From positions 1-64,000 of IMG/VR virus record IMGVR_UViG_3300045972_000140: a stretch of 64,000 nt of DNA; one strand, 5' to 3'. The notes under the pieces were generated by a model. It was not told the DNA's origin. It worked only from the letters and a program-made list of their open reading frames with translations, and searched no databases. Within the stretch, counting starts at the first letter, position 1; each line of letters opens with the position of its first letter. Shown here in pieces: positions 47,101 through 56,463 of the stretch. The position numbers and the translations under genes were made by a program. The DNA is from a virus.

Positions 47101-50100
47101 AAATAAAATCCTTGCCAAGTACCTGTTGTTCTGCATCCAAGTGCTGTAGCGTATGTTGTTGTACCTTTATCGTATACCCACGCTTCAACAGTAAAATCGC
47201 CCGGAATGGTAACTGAACCTGCTGCCGATACATAATCTGTGGTACCATTGAGATATATCGATCTACCATTTATTGTAGATGAGTATGATACACCAGTTGT
47301 CACAGGACCGCCAAAATTAATTGCGGGTGCGCCAGCGCCTGTAGTTATTGCAAATGCATTTACACTATTATCAACGAATCTACCGTTCTGTAATGTTAAT
47401 AATGATGTTCCAGTAATTGCAGGAAGTTGAACAGTAGTGGGTGTAAATGCGGACGTATAAACTGCCGTGCCTTTTACGATACGAAGATTAGACATATAGA
47501 ATTGACCATATACTCCCCACGTATTTGCATAACCTATTTTCAGAGAATCGGGATCAGTGATATTAGATGAATTAGTACCGGTTGCATCAACAACGCCATT
47601 CTTATACCACGTTACTGTTGAGCCATTGCGGACTAATGCCCAGTGTTGCCATACGCTATTTGCTGGCGTAGATCCAGTAAAGAAATCGTTTGTTAAAGAT
47701 AACCTGGCCGCCATGAGGTTTGCCTGAGAGCCGTTTCTGTAAATCTGCCAACCATTTGTTGTATCGTCGAGTTTTTTACCCATAACAGCACCGGCACCTA
47801 ACGATGCCCACGCACCCGGTACATATAACCAAAACTCAACTGTAAAGTTGCCGGCACCTAAATCGAGTGCTGTATTATTTGATACATTAGAATAACTTGC
47901 ATTATTATAGAATGCGCCCCAACCATTATTATCAAACGGACTAAATGTGCCTTGTATTGGTGCACCAGTTTTTGTTATAGTAAAAGCATTATACGAGCTA
48001 TCAATAATAGTATTATTATTGTTAGCTGGCGATGTATAAACAGTACCATCGGCGTGCATTAATAACGATACAGAGTTAAAATATGGATCACCTAAACTAT
48101 TATCTGGAAATGCAGATGTTGGTACAGTGAATCCACCTGTATAGCGAGCAATACCGGTTGTTATACGCAAATCGTCTAAGTAGCCGTTTAAATACCTTGG
48201 TGCGGTGCTGTTTAACCATCCTATTGCTAATGTAGTTAATGTGCTAATTCTAGCTGTAGCACTAGATGCGATAGCTACATTACTGCCATTAATATACAAG
48301 TTTGCGTTTGTTCCACTTACTACTGCCGCAATATAATACCATGCATTTGCAACCACAGTAGTCGAGGACGTCATATCGAATATAGTTGTTGTACCATCGT
48401 CATTACCTAATAAGAAACGAGGTTTACTTGTTGCACCTGTCAACATCAACATAACTTGTGTAGTGGTGCTACCATTAGTGATAGCATATATGCACTGATC
48501 AGTTGATACTGAGTTGAAGTTTACCCAACATTCAATTGTAAAGTTACCGGTACCAATTGGTTGTGTCTTACCTGTTATGCTGTCACTTGTACCATTAAAA
48601 TACATCCCACCTGTTCCAAATTTAGAGGAACTGGCCGTTACATAACCAGTGGTAGGACCTGCTAATGTAGGTGTCTGCGCTGTACCGATCGCCGTAAATG
48701 TGTAATTATTTACACTGCTATCTTTTAATAAAGCAGACGTGTTAAATAATAATAAGGTAGTCCCCGCAATTGCAGTAAGTGGCGCGACCGGTGGACGGAA
48801 TGGTGCTGTATAAACTGCAATACCGTCGACAATACGGAAGTTACTTATGCTTCCTGCAAAGGTTGTACCACCTCCTCCGCCTAATGTAAATACATCGGCA
48901 CCGGCAAACGCATTGTTTGCACCGATTGCAATAAGAGCACCATTTACATAAATCTTTAGACCACCGGCGCCGGTATTTTCTCTAACGAATGCAATATGAT
49001 TCCATACATTTATAGGAAGGATTGCGGCGGTCCATGCAAAGTATGTTGCGCCGCCGCCGGCGTTACCTTGAAAAGTAATACCTATATTTCCACTGAATAA
49101 ATTGCCAATTAGCCAACCGCTATTTTCTATCATCCAGTAACCTGTGGCAGTATATGATGCTGCTTTGACCCACATTTCTATTGTAAATGCACTGCCGCTT
49201 GCAGGATTAATAGATGCTGATGTAACACCGTTGGTTGTGCCTGCAAATGCAACACTGTATGGTGCAGCAATGGTAACCGCTGCATATGCATTATTGTGTG
49301 TTACTTCCGCAGTGCCTACAGTAGTTAAGTTGGATTTTCCTGATGCATCAATAGCACCAGTTGGTGTAGCCGATAATAATAATTGTGTGCCAGTTATTGG
49401 CGCAAGTGGTGTCGTGGGTGGTGTAAATGCGCCTGTGTAAACTGCTGTACCATTTACTACGCGAACACTAGATAGATAGCCAGGGAATGTCCAGTTAGCC
49501 GATGCGCCAGCATAGTACTGACCAACACCAATTGATGTAGTGTTAGGTGTTCTGATACCAGATGCAACAGTGCCTACCTGAACACCGTTTACATACAAAT
49601 ATAATGTCTGGCTACGTTGAACCCCTGCAATATGAAACCACTGATTTAGTGGAAGAATTGTAGCAGATGTTATAATACTACGACCTGGATCGTTCCCAAC
49701 AAGGAACGTTGGTTTACCAGTTGAATCAAATGCAAGACTAGAACCCCACACAGAACCTGTACCGCCGTTGTCTGTTGACATTATACCGCAAACAACACCC
49801 GGGAATGATGTTTTATAAACCCATGCTTCCATAGTAAAATCGTTTGCGCCAAACGCAAAACCTGCAGAACTAGCAGTTAATGAATCAGTGCTTCCGCTCA
49901 AATATATTGATCCACCGTTTACACTTGCAGTGTATGGTGCAGCTGGTTCAAACGGCGATACTGCCTGTATAGATGGCGTACCGGTAGCAGTCAATGCAAA
50001 GTTGTTTGTGCTATTATCCTTAAAGCGATTAGATTGTAATGTCAATAAAGACGTATTAGTAATAGCAGTCAACGGTGCGGTAGATGGTGTAAAATTAGTT

Positions 50101-52034
50101 GTGTAAATTGCTGTGCCTTTAACTATACGAACATTGGAAATATAACCAGCGTAATAGTTAGTACTATTTCCAGAGTTACGACCAATATTAAGTGCTGTAG
50201 CACTATCCGACATGGCTGTGGCAGAAGTTGCAGATGCAACTAAAGTACCATTAACATAAAGATTATAAGATGTACCGTATCTTACAGCAGCCACATGGGT
50301 CCAAACACCTGTAGTAGAAAAAGGATATGTTACACCGGCACCCACAGCAGTTGAATAAAATCCCAATGTGTTTGCTGTAGCAAAACCAATATAATAACCT
50401 GTATTTGTGGCAGACCATTTTGTTAGCATAGCGCCCGATGCAGTCGATTGAGCGTTGAACCAGAATTCTATAGTAAAGTCGCCAGACGGAAGTTGAAGTG
50501 GTGCAGCATCGGCAACACTTACATAATCCGATACACCACCAAAATATCCACTCCAGCCAGTTTGACTAAATGGTGTAAATGTACCTTGTATAGGTGTGCC
50601 AGTGGGAGTTATAGCAATATCGTTACTACTCGAGTCAACAAATGTCTTATTATTGAACGGTATCGAGTTTTGTAGAGTCAATAATGTAGTACCGGGCACT
50701 GCCGTGAGTGGAGATGTTGGCGCGGTAAAGCCGCCTGTAGCATACACTATGCTGCCCACAACAACACGAACATTAGAGATATTTCCCATAATTGACGAGG
50801 AGCCTGAAGACCAGCCACCGATACTAACGCTGTCCGTAGTCTGCGGATAGACTGCCACATTGGCCCCGGAGCCCACTAAAACACCGTTTGCATAAAGATA
50901 AACTGTACCGGCAGATCGCTGAACGCAAATATGTGTCCATACATTGGATGGCCAGACACCATTTGACGACGTTACACCGAATGCGGATATCCGGCTGTTT
51001 GTAGCTGTTGAAACACCGTTGGCGGCGCCGGAAAACCATACGCTCGTACCTGCAACTTGCATGTATGACCAGAATTCAACAGTAAAGGCGCCAGTACCAA
51101 GAGCAAAACCCGGATGAGATACAGTGCTTATGTATTGATCTCCACCAGTGCCACCATTAAACCATGCACTGCCTGTTAATAAATTTGGTGTTGTGACAAA
51201 AGGATTAGTCGATGCTGTGCCTATAGAACCTGTGTTTGTGATAGCATAATTATTTCCACTGTTGTCCTTTATATATCCGTCTTGGCAAGTTAACAAGCTT
51301 GTACCAGATATTGCTGTCAACGGTGCAGTAGGAACAGTGAAGTTAGATGTATATACTGCTGTACCTTTAACTGTTCGAATATTAGACATATAGCAACTAG
51401 CATATCCAACACCCGATTGATAACCTATATAGTTCGAACCTGTGGCAGGCATACTTGTCGCAACCGTAGCAGTACCTACCTGTGTACCGTTAATAAACAA
51501 ACGTTCTGTATTAGATGCTCTCGTTACAGCGATGTGGTACCATAAGCCAACAATCGGTGTAAATGCTGCTGTAATATCAGTTGTCGGTGTTGTATTTGTT
51601 GTAGTAGCATGGCCGGCAATAATAGCTGTACCAGTTGTATAAAGTGCAAAAGAATTAACAGTATTAGAATTTATAAGATTGCTGGCGCCGGTATTAATGA
51701 AATTAAACCACCCTTCTACAGTAAAATCGCCTGTGCCAAATTGCCATACAGTAGTATTTGTAATAGTTAGATATTGTGCTCCGCCTGTGCAATTTATACT
51801 ATAATTACCTGTGCCCTGATATGGACTAAACGGGTCAATGCGTAACTGGGTAGTTGCGGTCGGTGTTAATAATAAGTTATTCGGACCGGCATCGGATATC
51901 GCAGATGTGGTGATACTTGTTGTGGGTTCGCCATTTAATAGTAAACTAACATACTGGAAAAGTGAATCTGTAGTTGACCCTGGCGCCCCTGTTGTTGTTT
52001 GAAAAGTCGCGAACATCTGTTGCATCATACCCAT
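44115..52034 (-). CDS. Giant multi-LamG (concanavalin A-like) domain protein, 2639 aa
   Basis: About a dozen repeats of FGTGDFTVE.W...W.HIAV.R....LYVNG...GYISN.RIVKGTAVYT.NFT.PTAPL. Confidence 0.85.
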   Translation of the reverse strand: MGMMQQMFATFQTTTGAPGSTTDSLFQYVSLLLNGEPTTSITTSAISDAGPNNLLLTPTATTQLRIDPFSPYQGTGNYSINCTGGAQYLTITNTTVWQFGTGDFTVEGWFNFINTGASNLINSNTVNSFALYTTGTAIIAGHATTTNTTPTTDITAAFTPIVGLWYHIAVTRASNTERLFINGTQVGTATVATSMPATGSNYIGYQSGVGYASCYMSNIRTVKGTAVYTSNFTVPTAPLTAISGTSLLTCQDGYIKDNSGNNYAITNTGSIGTASTNPFVTTPNLLTGSAWFNGGTGGDQYISTVSHPGFALGTGAFTVEFWSYMQVAGTSVWFSGAANGVSTATNSRISAFGVTSSNGVWPSNVWTHICVQRSAGTVYLYANGVLVGSGANVAVYPQTTDSVSIGGWSSGSSSIMGNISNVRVVVGSIVYATGGFTAPTSPLTAVPGTTLLTLQNSIPFNNKTFVDSSSNDIAITPTGTPIQGTFTPFSQTGWSGYFGGVSDYVSVADAAPLQLPSGDFTIEFWFNAQSTASGAMLTKWSATNTGYYIGFATANTLGFYSTAVGAGVTYPFSTTGVWTHVAAVRYGTSYNLYVNGTLVASATSATAMSDSATALNIGRNSGNSTNYYAGYISNVRIVKGTAIYTTNFTPSTAPLTAITNTSLLTLQSNRFKDNSTNNFALTATGTPSIQAVSPFEPAAPYTASVNGGSIYLSGSTDSLTASSAGFAFGANDFTMEAWVYKTSFPGVVCGIMSTDNGGTGSVWGSSLAFDSTGKPTFLVGNDPGRSIITSATILPLNQWFHIAGVQRSQTLYLYVNGVQVGTVASGIRTPNTTSIGVGQYYAGASANWTFPGYLSSVRVVNGTAVYTGAFTPPTTPLAPITGTQLLLSATPTGAIDASGKSNLTTVGTAEVTHNNAYAAVTIAAPYSVAFAGTTNGVTSASINPASGSAFTIEMWVKAASYTATGYWMIENSGWLIGNLFSGNIGITFQGNAGGGATYFAWTAAILPINVWNHIAFVRENTGAGGLKIYVNGALIAIGANNAFAGADVFTLGGGGGTTFAGSISNFRIVDGIAVYTAPFRPPVAPLTAIAGTTLLLFNTSALLKDSSVNNYTFTAIGTAQTPTLAGPTTGYVTASSSKFGTGGMYFNGTSDSITGKTQPIGTGNFTIECWVNFNSVSTDQCIYAITNGSTTTQVMLMLTGATSKPRFLLGNDDGTTTIFDMTSSTTVVANAWYYIAAVVSGTNANLYINGSNVAIASSATARISTLTTLAIGWLNSTAPRYLNGYLDDLRITTGIARYTGGFTVPTSAFPDNSLGDPYFNSVSLLMHADGTVYTSPANNNNTIIDSSYNAFTITKTGAPIQGTFSPFDNNGWGAFYNNASYSNVSNNTALDLGAGNFTVEFWLYVPGAWASLGAGAVMGKKLDDTTNGWQIYRNGSQANLMAARLSLTNDFFTGSTPANSVWQHWALVRNGSTVTWYKNGVVDATGTNSSNITDPDSLKIGYANTWGVYGQFYMSNLRIVKGTAVYTSAFTPTTVQLPAITGTSLLTLQNGRFVDNSVNAFAITTGAGAPAINFGGPVTTGVSYSSTINGRSIYLNGTTDYVSAAGSVTIPGDFTVEAWVYDKGTTTYATALGCRTTGTWQGFYLQRSNGSANIIAAVGSAGTTAYSITQSSGTYTTNVWHHIALVRSGSTATVYVDGLSVGTGALAGTITAGANFKIGTDPQNITGITYFSGYVSNARLVNGTALYKANFIPPTAPLAITGNTALLLNAAGSGIIDGTGKINLTTVSTATTSTTQVKFGTGSMYFDGSGYLTAPNTGFANFGTGNFTVEWQQYFTGAWTSSNGAGIGQKLNDASTGWIIYRNTASNINSYSFRTVATDYASTVTPTANVWEHWAIVRNGTTLTWYCNGTACGTFTGVSANITDSTGLLTVGWAQRWATAFVGYIDDLRITNGIARYTSNFTAPTAALPNNGTTDPYFQYNALLLQGDIQSVTQNVSKNNLFLDSSLNTSVITPTGTPIQGTFSPFDQNGWSGYFNGTTDYLALPANAAFVLGTADFTIEAWVYVTALTVAGVYSTGGNATVTTNTFAAIIMGSDLKPQVYLGTSATGTGVISANPVSANTWVHLAAARLSGTTTLYVNGVNSASTSVVYNLTSAAAPTIGRLYTDAANAHFFAGYISNLRVVKGTAVYTSNFTVPTSPLSAITNTALLTLQNNRFVDNSANNFALTATGTPSIQAATPFAVSSSYSTSTNSGSMLFNGSTDYLSTPVSASSTLNISAGNDCTVEAWVYPLSFTGPSQACAIIASNSDAFEIVATPTTGNSTTIRLFTNGGSGAASWAGPDLIYLNSWNHVAVTRTGGLWSTYVNGVLSVQSATNTILNTYPTMQVGLCNRGTATFWNGYISNARVVNGTAVYTGSSFALPTAPLTAISGTALLLNGTNGGIIDNVGGSDLMLVGSAQVGSNSKFGNGALALNGSTDYAYVPGTNPNFAFGTGDYTVEFWFNAGATGTQYGLYDSRPAGTATYAGLTLWKTTTQTIQVYVNATIQIASTTALAANTWNFVAVSRVSGVTRLFVNGIQEGSPWTDATTYVNGVNRPALGVDANTANGSFFNGSIDDLRITKGVGRYVSSFAVPTGPFPTN

Positions 52035-52115
52035 GATTGTATTCCTTTAAAGTTACTGTATTTATCCAAAAGGATACTATGCCTCTCCAGACAACATAAT
52101 TCTGTGATTGTATGA

Positions 52116-52733
52116 TTAGTGTCTAATTTCGTAGACTATTTCGAAGTCGGCACAGTCATAGAACATCTGTGGCGTGATGCGTTTGTAATGTTGCACTAAT
52201 GCTTCAAAATTTGCAAAATTTGTAGAATATGTTGGATCAGCCAATAATGCCTGCCTAATTAATTCTACACAACTTAATTGCTGATCTTGTGCCATATCAT
52301 ATAGCGTATCATATGGTTTACCTAATTCAGATTTTGCTTTATCAAATACAGTAGTCCATTCTTTAATGGGCATATTCTTAGGCTTTAATAATACAGTGGA
52401 ACTTGTCGTAAATACTTCATCAAATGTTGCGTATGCTACGCCTTTACCGGTTGATTGTATTAATCTAAAGTCATCATCTGTTTCTACACTATCTTCAAAA
52501 TTCATTAAACCGTGTGACCAATAACTCCAACCACGGCCGATAATAAAGTCACCAAAAGAAACTGCATACGCAGACAAGTGAGAATTGGTACGAGTAAGAA
52601 TAATATAATAATCTTCCTTCAGCAGTTCTCGTACTTTGGCCTGTTCTTCTACAGTTAATGGATCGCGTAATGTCCAATTGATTTTACCAATTAATGTAAT
52701 GACAGCGTTTTCAATTTTCTGTAGTAAATTCAT
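52116..52733 (-). CDS. Permuted papain-like (YiiX/YebB, NlpC/P60-related) protein
   Basis: WSHG precedes GKPYD...LSCVEL (His before Cys); ITP near the C-terminus. Confidence 0.65.
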   Translation of the reverse strand: MNLLQKIENAVITLIGKINWTLRDPLTVEEQAKVRELLKEDYYIILTRTNSHLSAYAVSFGDFIIGRGWSYWSHGLMNFEDSVETDDDFRLIQSTGKGVAYATFDEVFTTSSTVLLKPKNMPIKEWTTVFDKAKSELGKPYDTLYDMAQDQQLSCVELIRQALLADPTYSTNFANFEALVQHYKRITPQMFYDCADFEIVYEIRH

Positions 52734-52734
52734 T

Positions 52735-53064
52735 TTACATACCTGATGCAATTTGTTGCTGGCGGATAATAGCTAACATTTGTACCATAACAGAGTTTAA
52801 TGTAGTGTTTGGGCCTAGTGCTGCGCCGCTCGATGGGTCAACAATGGGAACAGGATCATTACCGTGTGCTACTAAATCTGCTGTAAATACAAGTGGTGCA
52901 ATTGTTTCTAAGTTCCTAACAGAACCATCTGCTAATTTAACAGCCATACATTGCGAAATTGCAATAATAGGTTTGTTACGATCGGCACCATCGGGCCAAT
53001 TTACTACTACCTGTGTGCCGCGAACATATGGCACGCCTACCTGTGTTGAATCATAATTTGCCAT
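52735..53064 (-). CDS. Hypothetical protein
   Basis: 109 aa, GGAG RBS. Confidence 0.75.
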   Translation of the reverse strand: MANYDSTQVGVPYVRGTQVVVNWPDGADRNKPIIAISQCMAVKLADGSVRNLETIAPLVFTADLVAHGNDPVPIVDPSSGAALGPNTTLNSVMVQMLAIIRQQQIASGM

Positions 53065-53078
53065 AATTTACTCCAATA

Positions 53079-53684
53079 TTAATATAAGAATCCTGTTACA
53101 ATACAAGATACTGTTGATGCTACTGCTGATATAATCTGACTTATACCTATTTGCTGGCCGGCAGCAATTTCTATGCCATCTGGGACTGTATAATTAGCAA
53201 GATTGCCTACGCCTGCTGCATTTGTACCTGTTAGGCCGGGAATCACTATATCCATTACTATCCCCGATGATGCTGCAACGGCTACTGCTGATCTAACCCT
53301 AATTCTTCCCGATTGATTTGTTGTATTTGTAGTTCTTACAGAACCGCTAATTGCTTGTAATCTTAATTTTTTACCTGCAGGTACTGTATATGAGGTACCT
53401 GTAGTAACTGTACCACCAGTATTAATATTCATTGTCACTAATGCTTCCGTTGTTACACCCGCAATAGCATCGATGTAGAAAGTCATATAAGTACGGCCCG
53501 AATCTTTGGCATCTTGCGTAGGAAAAAAGTTAGTTGCCTGTGTACTTTTAGCCGTTGCTGCAACAGCTACAGCACCTACTTGATCGATGTTTACTGGTAA
53601 ATCAGATTGATCACTTGCTATTACAACAGGTGCAGAATTTGCACTTGTTGCCTGACCGTTTGGATTATTTGGATTATATGCCAT
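53079..53684 (-). CDS. Hypothetical virion-associated protein
   Basis: 201 aa, beta-rich C-terminus. Confidence 0.7.
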   Translation of the reverse strand: MAYNPNNPNGQATSANSAPVVIASDQSDLPVNIDQVGAVAVAATAKSTQATNFFPTQDAKDSGRTYMTFYIDAIAGVTTEALVTMNINTGGTVTTGTSYTVPAGKKLRLQAISGSVRTTNTTNQSGRIRVRSAVAVAASSGIVMDIVIPGLTGTNAAGVGNLANYTVPDGIEIAAGQQIGISQIISAVASTVSCIVTGFLY

Positions 53685-53698
53685 ATTCGTTATTTACC

Positions 53699-54190
53699 TT
53701 AAATGATATTCCAATTAGCACCATCGGATACTAATGTGAGAGATGTGTATCTGACCGGCAAGGATGCTGTTGTACTACCGTCAATTGTCTGTGACGAAGT
53801 TGTTGCTACAGTTGCTACACCTGTTCCCGCGTTCTTTATTGTGTAAGTATTTAAGTTACCTATTGCTGTTGGTAGTGTTATAGTAGTTGTGCCAGAAACA
53901 AGATATGTATAATTTACATTTATAACATTTGCTGCTGTTGTATTTGTTGACACACTTAATACAAGGTTTTCGTAGCCTACCAAGTTCCAGGCACTACCCT
54001 GATATAGATATAAATTATAATTTGTTACGTCAACATACAAAGAACCAGCACCGTATGTAGGGGCGCCAGATGGTGCTCCGCTGCCGCCCGTAACAGACGG
54101 AATTGTTCCGCCAGTAGAGACTGTAAGTGGATTACCGTTTACATCCGGAATTACCGTAAAACTATCTGAGCCTAAAAACTGTGTCGACAT
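53699..54190 (-). CDS. Short fibre-like protein
   Basis: C-terminal TITLPTA..N...TIKN...QTIDG....L.LVSDGANWNII module. Confidence 0.7.
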   Translation of the reverse strand: MSTQFLGSDSFTVIPDVNGNPLTVSTGGTIPSVTGGSGAPSGAPTYGAGSLYVDVTNYNLYLYQGSAWNLVGYENLVLSVSTNTTAANVINVNYTYLVSGTTTITLPTAIGNLNTYTIKNAGTGVATVATTSSQTIDGSTTASLPVRYTSLTLVSDGANWNII

Positions 54191-54232
54191 AATATCTCCG
54201 CTATTCTCTTATTTATCTTAATACAGGCAGTA

Positions 54233-54946
54233 TTAGCCTTGCACTAACCTAGTATCATTTGTTACAGGGCTTATAGCATATACAAAATTAACACCTGTTG
54301 CCGCACCAATGGGCGTCATTGTATTACCGTTGCCTGTATAATCTGAACATAATATCACATTTGCGCCGGGTGTGCTTTCATTAAATAATGCCGAATATTG
54401 TTGTCCAGATGTTATGCCATCGGCACAACCCGCAGAACCATAAATAGTGGCTATTTCACCTGCCGGTAAAACTCTGTTATAAACTCGAATATCGTCAACA
54501 GTTACTAGGCCTGTTTCTGTTGTAGTTCCTGTAGGAAAACCATTTATATACACTGATGTATCGGTTCCTGCTAATTGTGCTACAGTAGAGGTAGTTATTA
54601 ATGCGCCATTAACATACATCTGGTGTGTGGTACCGTTATATGTATATACTAGATGATACCAAGTATTATTAACCATAGAAAATAATCCCGAACTAGAGAT
54701 TAATACTGTGCCGCCCCAATACCATATATCAAAAGCACCTGCTCCGCTCCTTGTCCCAAACTGTAATCCACCGCCACCTGTTGTTGCATTTGTGTACAAT
54801 CCAACCATACTATGTGTTTGGCCACCTGTCCATGTAGCAGCATTTACCCACGCCGATAGCGTGAATGTCCCTAGTTGATTTATAGAGAGATTACCTGCTT
54901 GCACTGCAAGATGATAATCAACTGCGCCAGGTGATGTTACTGCCAT
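54233..54946 (-). CDS. LamG domain protein
   Basis: FTLSAWVN, WYHLVYTYNG...MYVNG, VDDIRVYNRVL...EI. Confidence 0.85.
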   Translation of the reverse strand: MAVTSPGAVDYHLAVQAGNLSINQLGTFTLSAWVNAATWTGGQTHSMVGLYTNATTGGGGLQFGTRSGAGAFDIWYWGGTVLISSSGLFSMVNNTWYHLVYTYNGTTHQMYVNGALITTSTVAQLAGTDTSVYINGFPTGTTTETGLVTVDDIRVYNRVLPAGEIATIYGSAGCADGITSGQQYSALFNESTPGANVILCSDYTGNGNTMTPIGAATGVNFVYAISPVTNDTRLVQG

Positions 54947-54955
54947 AATATCGCC

Positions 54956-56356
54956 TTATGCAAACGATATATCAAGCGAAGACATTAACCAATTAGATGC
55001 TAAGTTCGATGCTACTGTTGTATTCCGTGTAAGTTCAAATTGATATTCAACACCTGCTGTTAAACCAAGAGATGCAAGAGTAGCTGAGTATGTATAATAT
55101 TGTGTGAAAACATTTGTTGTTACACCTACGCTTGTAAACGTCTTGGCTGCAGACCAAGCACTGATAGCAGCGTTGTTAGGAATACTTCTGTAATATAAAT
55201 TCATTTGAATATTTACAGCGGCAACCGGTGCAGTCTGTGGACGACCACGATATGTAAATTGAATAGTTGTAGCAGTAGCCGGTATGGTAAGTAAAAGTCC
55301 GACGCCTTGCTCTATTGTGTTTGAAAACTGTCTTACGTTTATTGCTGCATTAGTAGGATCAGCCACAGTAGGTGCTAATGCATTTATTACCCAGTCAGCA
55401 TTATTAGGTGAATCTAAACTTGTTGCATAATAGGATAATGTTCTTATTGCAGATACTGTTGCTACACCACTTGCACCTGTGGCCGCAATAGCACCCACTA
55501 AATTAAGAGTAGTGTATGTACCGGATAATGCAACACCGTTGTTTTGAACAATAACAGAACTTGGTGTGCTTGCTCCTGCTGCAATAGATGCACCATTTGC
55601 TAATACTGTTACACGCAAAGTTTTTGTATTACCAAATACACGAACAGTTACTACTGATGCAGATGTAATTGTTATTAAATCGGGCTGAACTATTTGATTT
55701 GTGCTTACTTCTGCTAAAGACACAACTACATTTTGTGTTCCTAAACTATGGGTTACGGTAGCAGTATAATACCCGCCTGTATCAGCAACCCACGCTACTG
55801 TGCCGGATGGTCCAACATTCACAGAGAATGACGCAGCACCAATCGGTGTCCATATAGGCGCAGAACTTGTTGCACCATTACCTGTCTGTGCAAGAAATTG
55901 TGTTGTTGTACTTGTATTACCTGGAAGGCGTGCTGAAGTATTTGCACCATTTGCGTAAAGTATATCACCAATAGTTGTTAACGGACTTAATGCGTTGAAT
56001 GCGGCAGATGCAGATGTTTGTCCAGTACCGCCATTTGCAATAGCTAACGTACCTGCTAAAGTAATGGTACCAGACCCTGTAACAGGACCACCACTTGTGG
56101 TAAGACCTGTTGTGCCACCCGATACGGCAACAGAAGTTACTGTACCACCAGAACTAACAGTGGCCCAGGAAGTACCATTATAAAATTCAATAGCTGGTGT
56201 AGATAAACTTGTATTCCACCTTAATGCACCAGCTGTTGCTGTTCCAGGGCGTTGCGCTGTAGTACCTACTGGCAAAGTTAACGCCCCTACACTACTAACC
56301 GAAAATAATGTGGTACTATTAGGCGATATACTCTCTGTTGTAAAATCAAAATCCAT
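54956..56356 (-). CDS. Tail fibre-like protein
   Basis: Start set at MDFDF by paralogy to 56464-59442 (MDFDY); PVGTTAQRP...GALRWN. Confidence 0.75.
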   Translation of the reverse strand: MDFDFTTESISPNSTTLFSVSSVGALTLPVGTTAQRPGTATAGALRWNTSLSTPAIEFYNGTSWATVSSGGTVTSVAVSGGTTGLTTSGGPVTGSGTITLAGTLAIANGGTGQTSASAAFNALSPLTTIGDILYANGANTSARLPGNTSTTTQFLAQTGNGATSSAPIWTPIGAASFSVNVGPSGTVAWVADTGGYYTATVTHSLGTQNVVVSLAEVSTNQIVQPDLITITSASVVTVRVFGNTKTLRVTVLANGASIAAGASTPSSVIVQNNGVALSGTYTTLNLVGAIAATGASGVATVSAIRTLSYYATSLDSPNNADWVINALAPTVADPTNAAINVRQFSNTIEQGVGLLLTIPATATTIQFTYRGRPQTAPVAAVNIQMNLYYRSIPNNAAISAWSAAKTFTSVGVTTNVFTQYYTYSATLASLGLTAGVEYQFELTRNTTVASNLASNWLMSSLDISFA

Positions 56357-56415
56357 TTTGCGTTCTTGCCCCATTTTAACTAATATGCTATTTATCATCT
56401 AAAACGCAAATCAGA

Positions 56416-56442
56416 AGAATGCCCGGTTGAACCGGGCATTCT
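56416..56442. terminator. Terminator-like hairpin
   Basis: AGAATGCCCGGT-TGA-ACCGGGCATTCT. Confidence 0.7.
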
Positions 56443-56463
56443 ATATTCAATTAATTAAATTGA

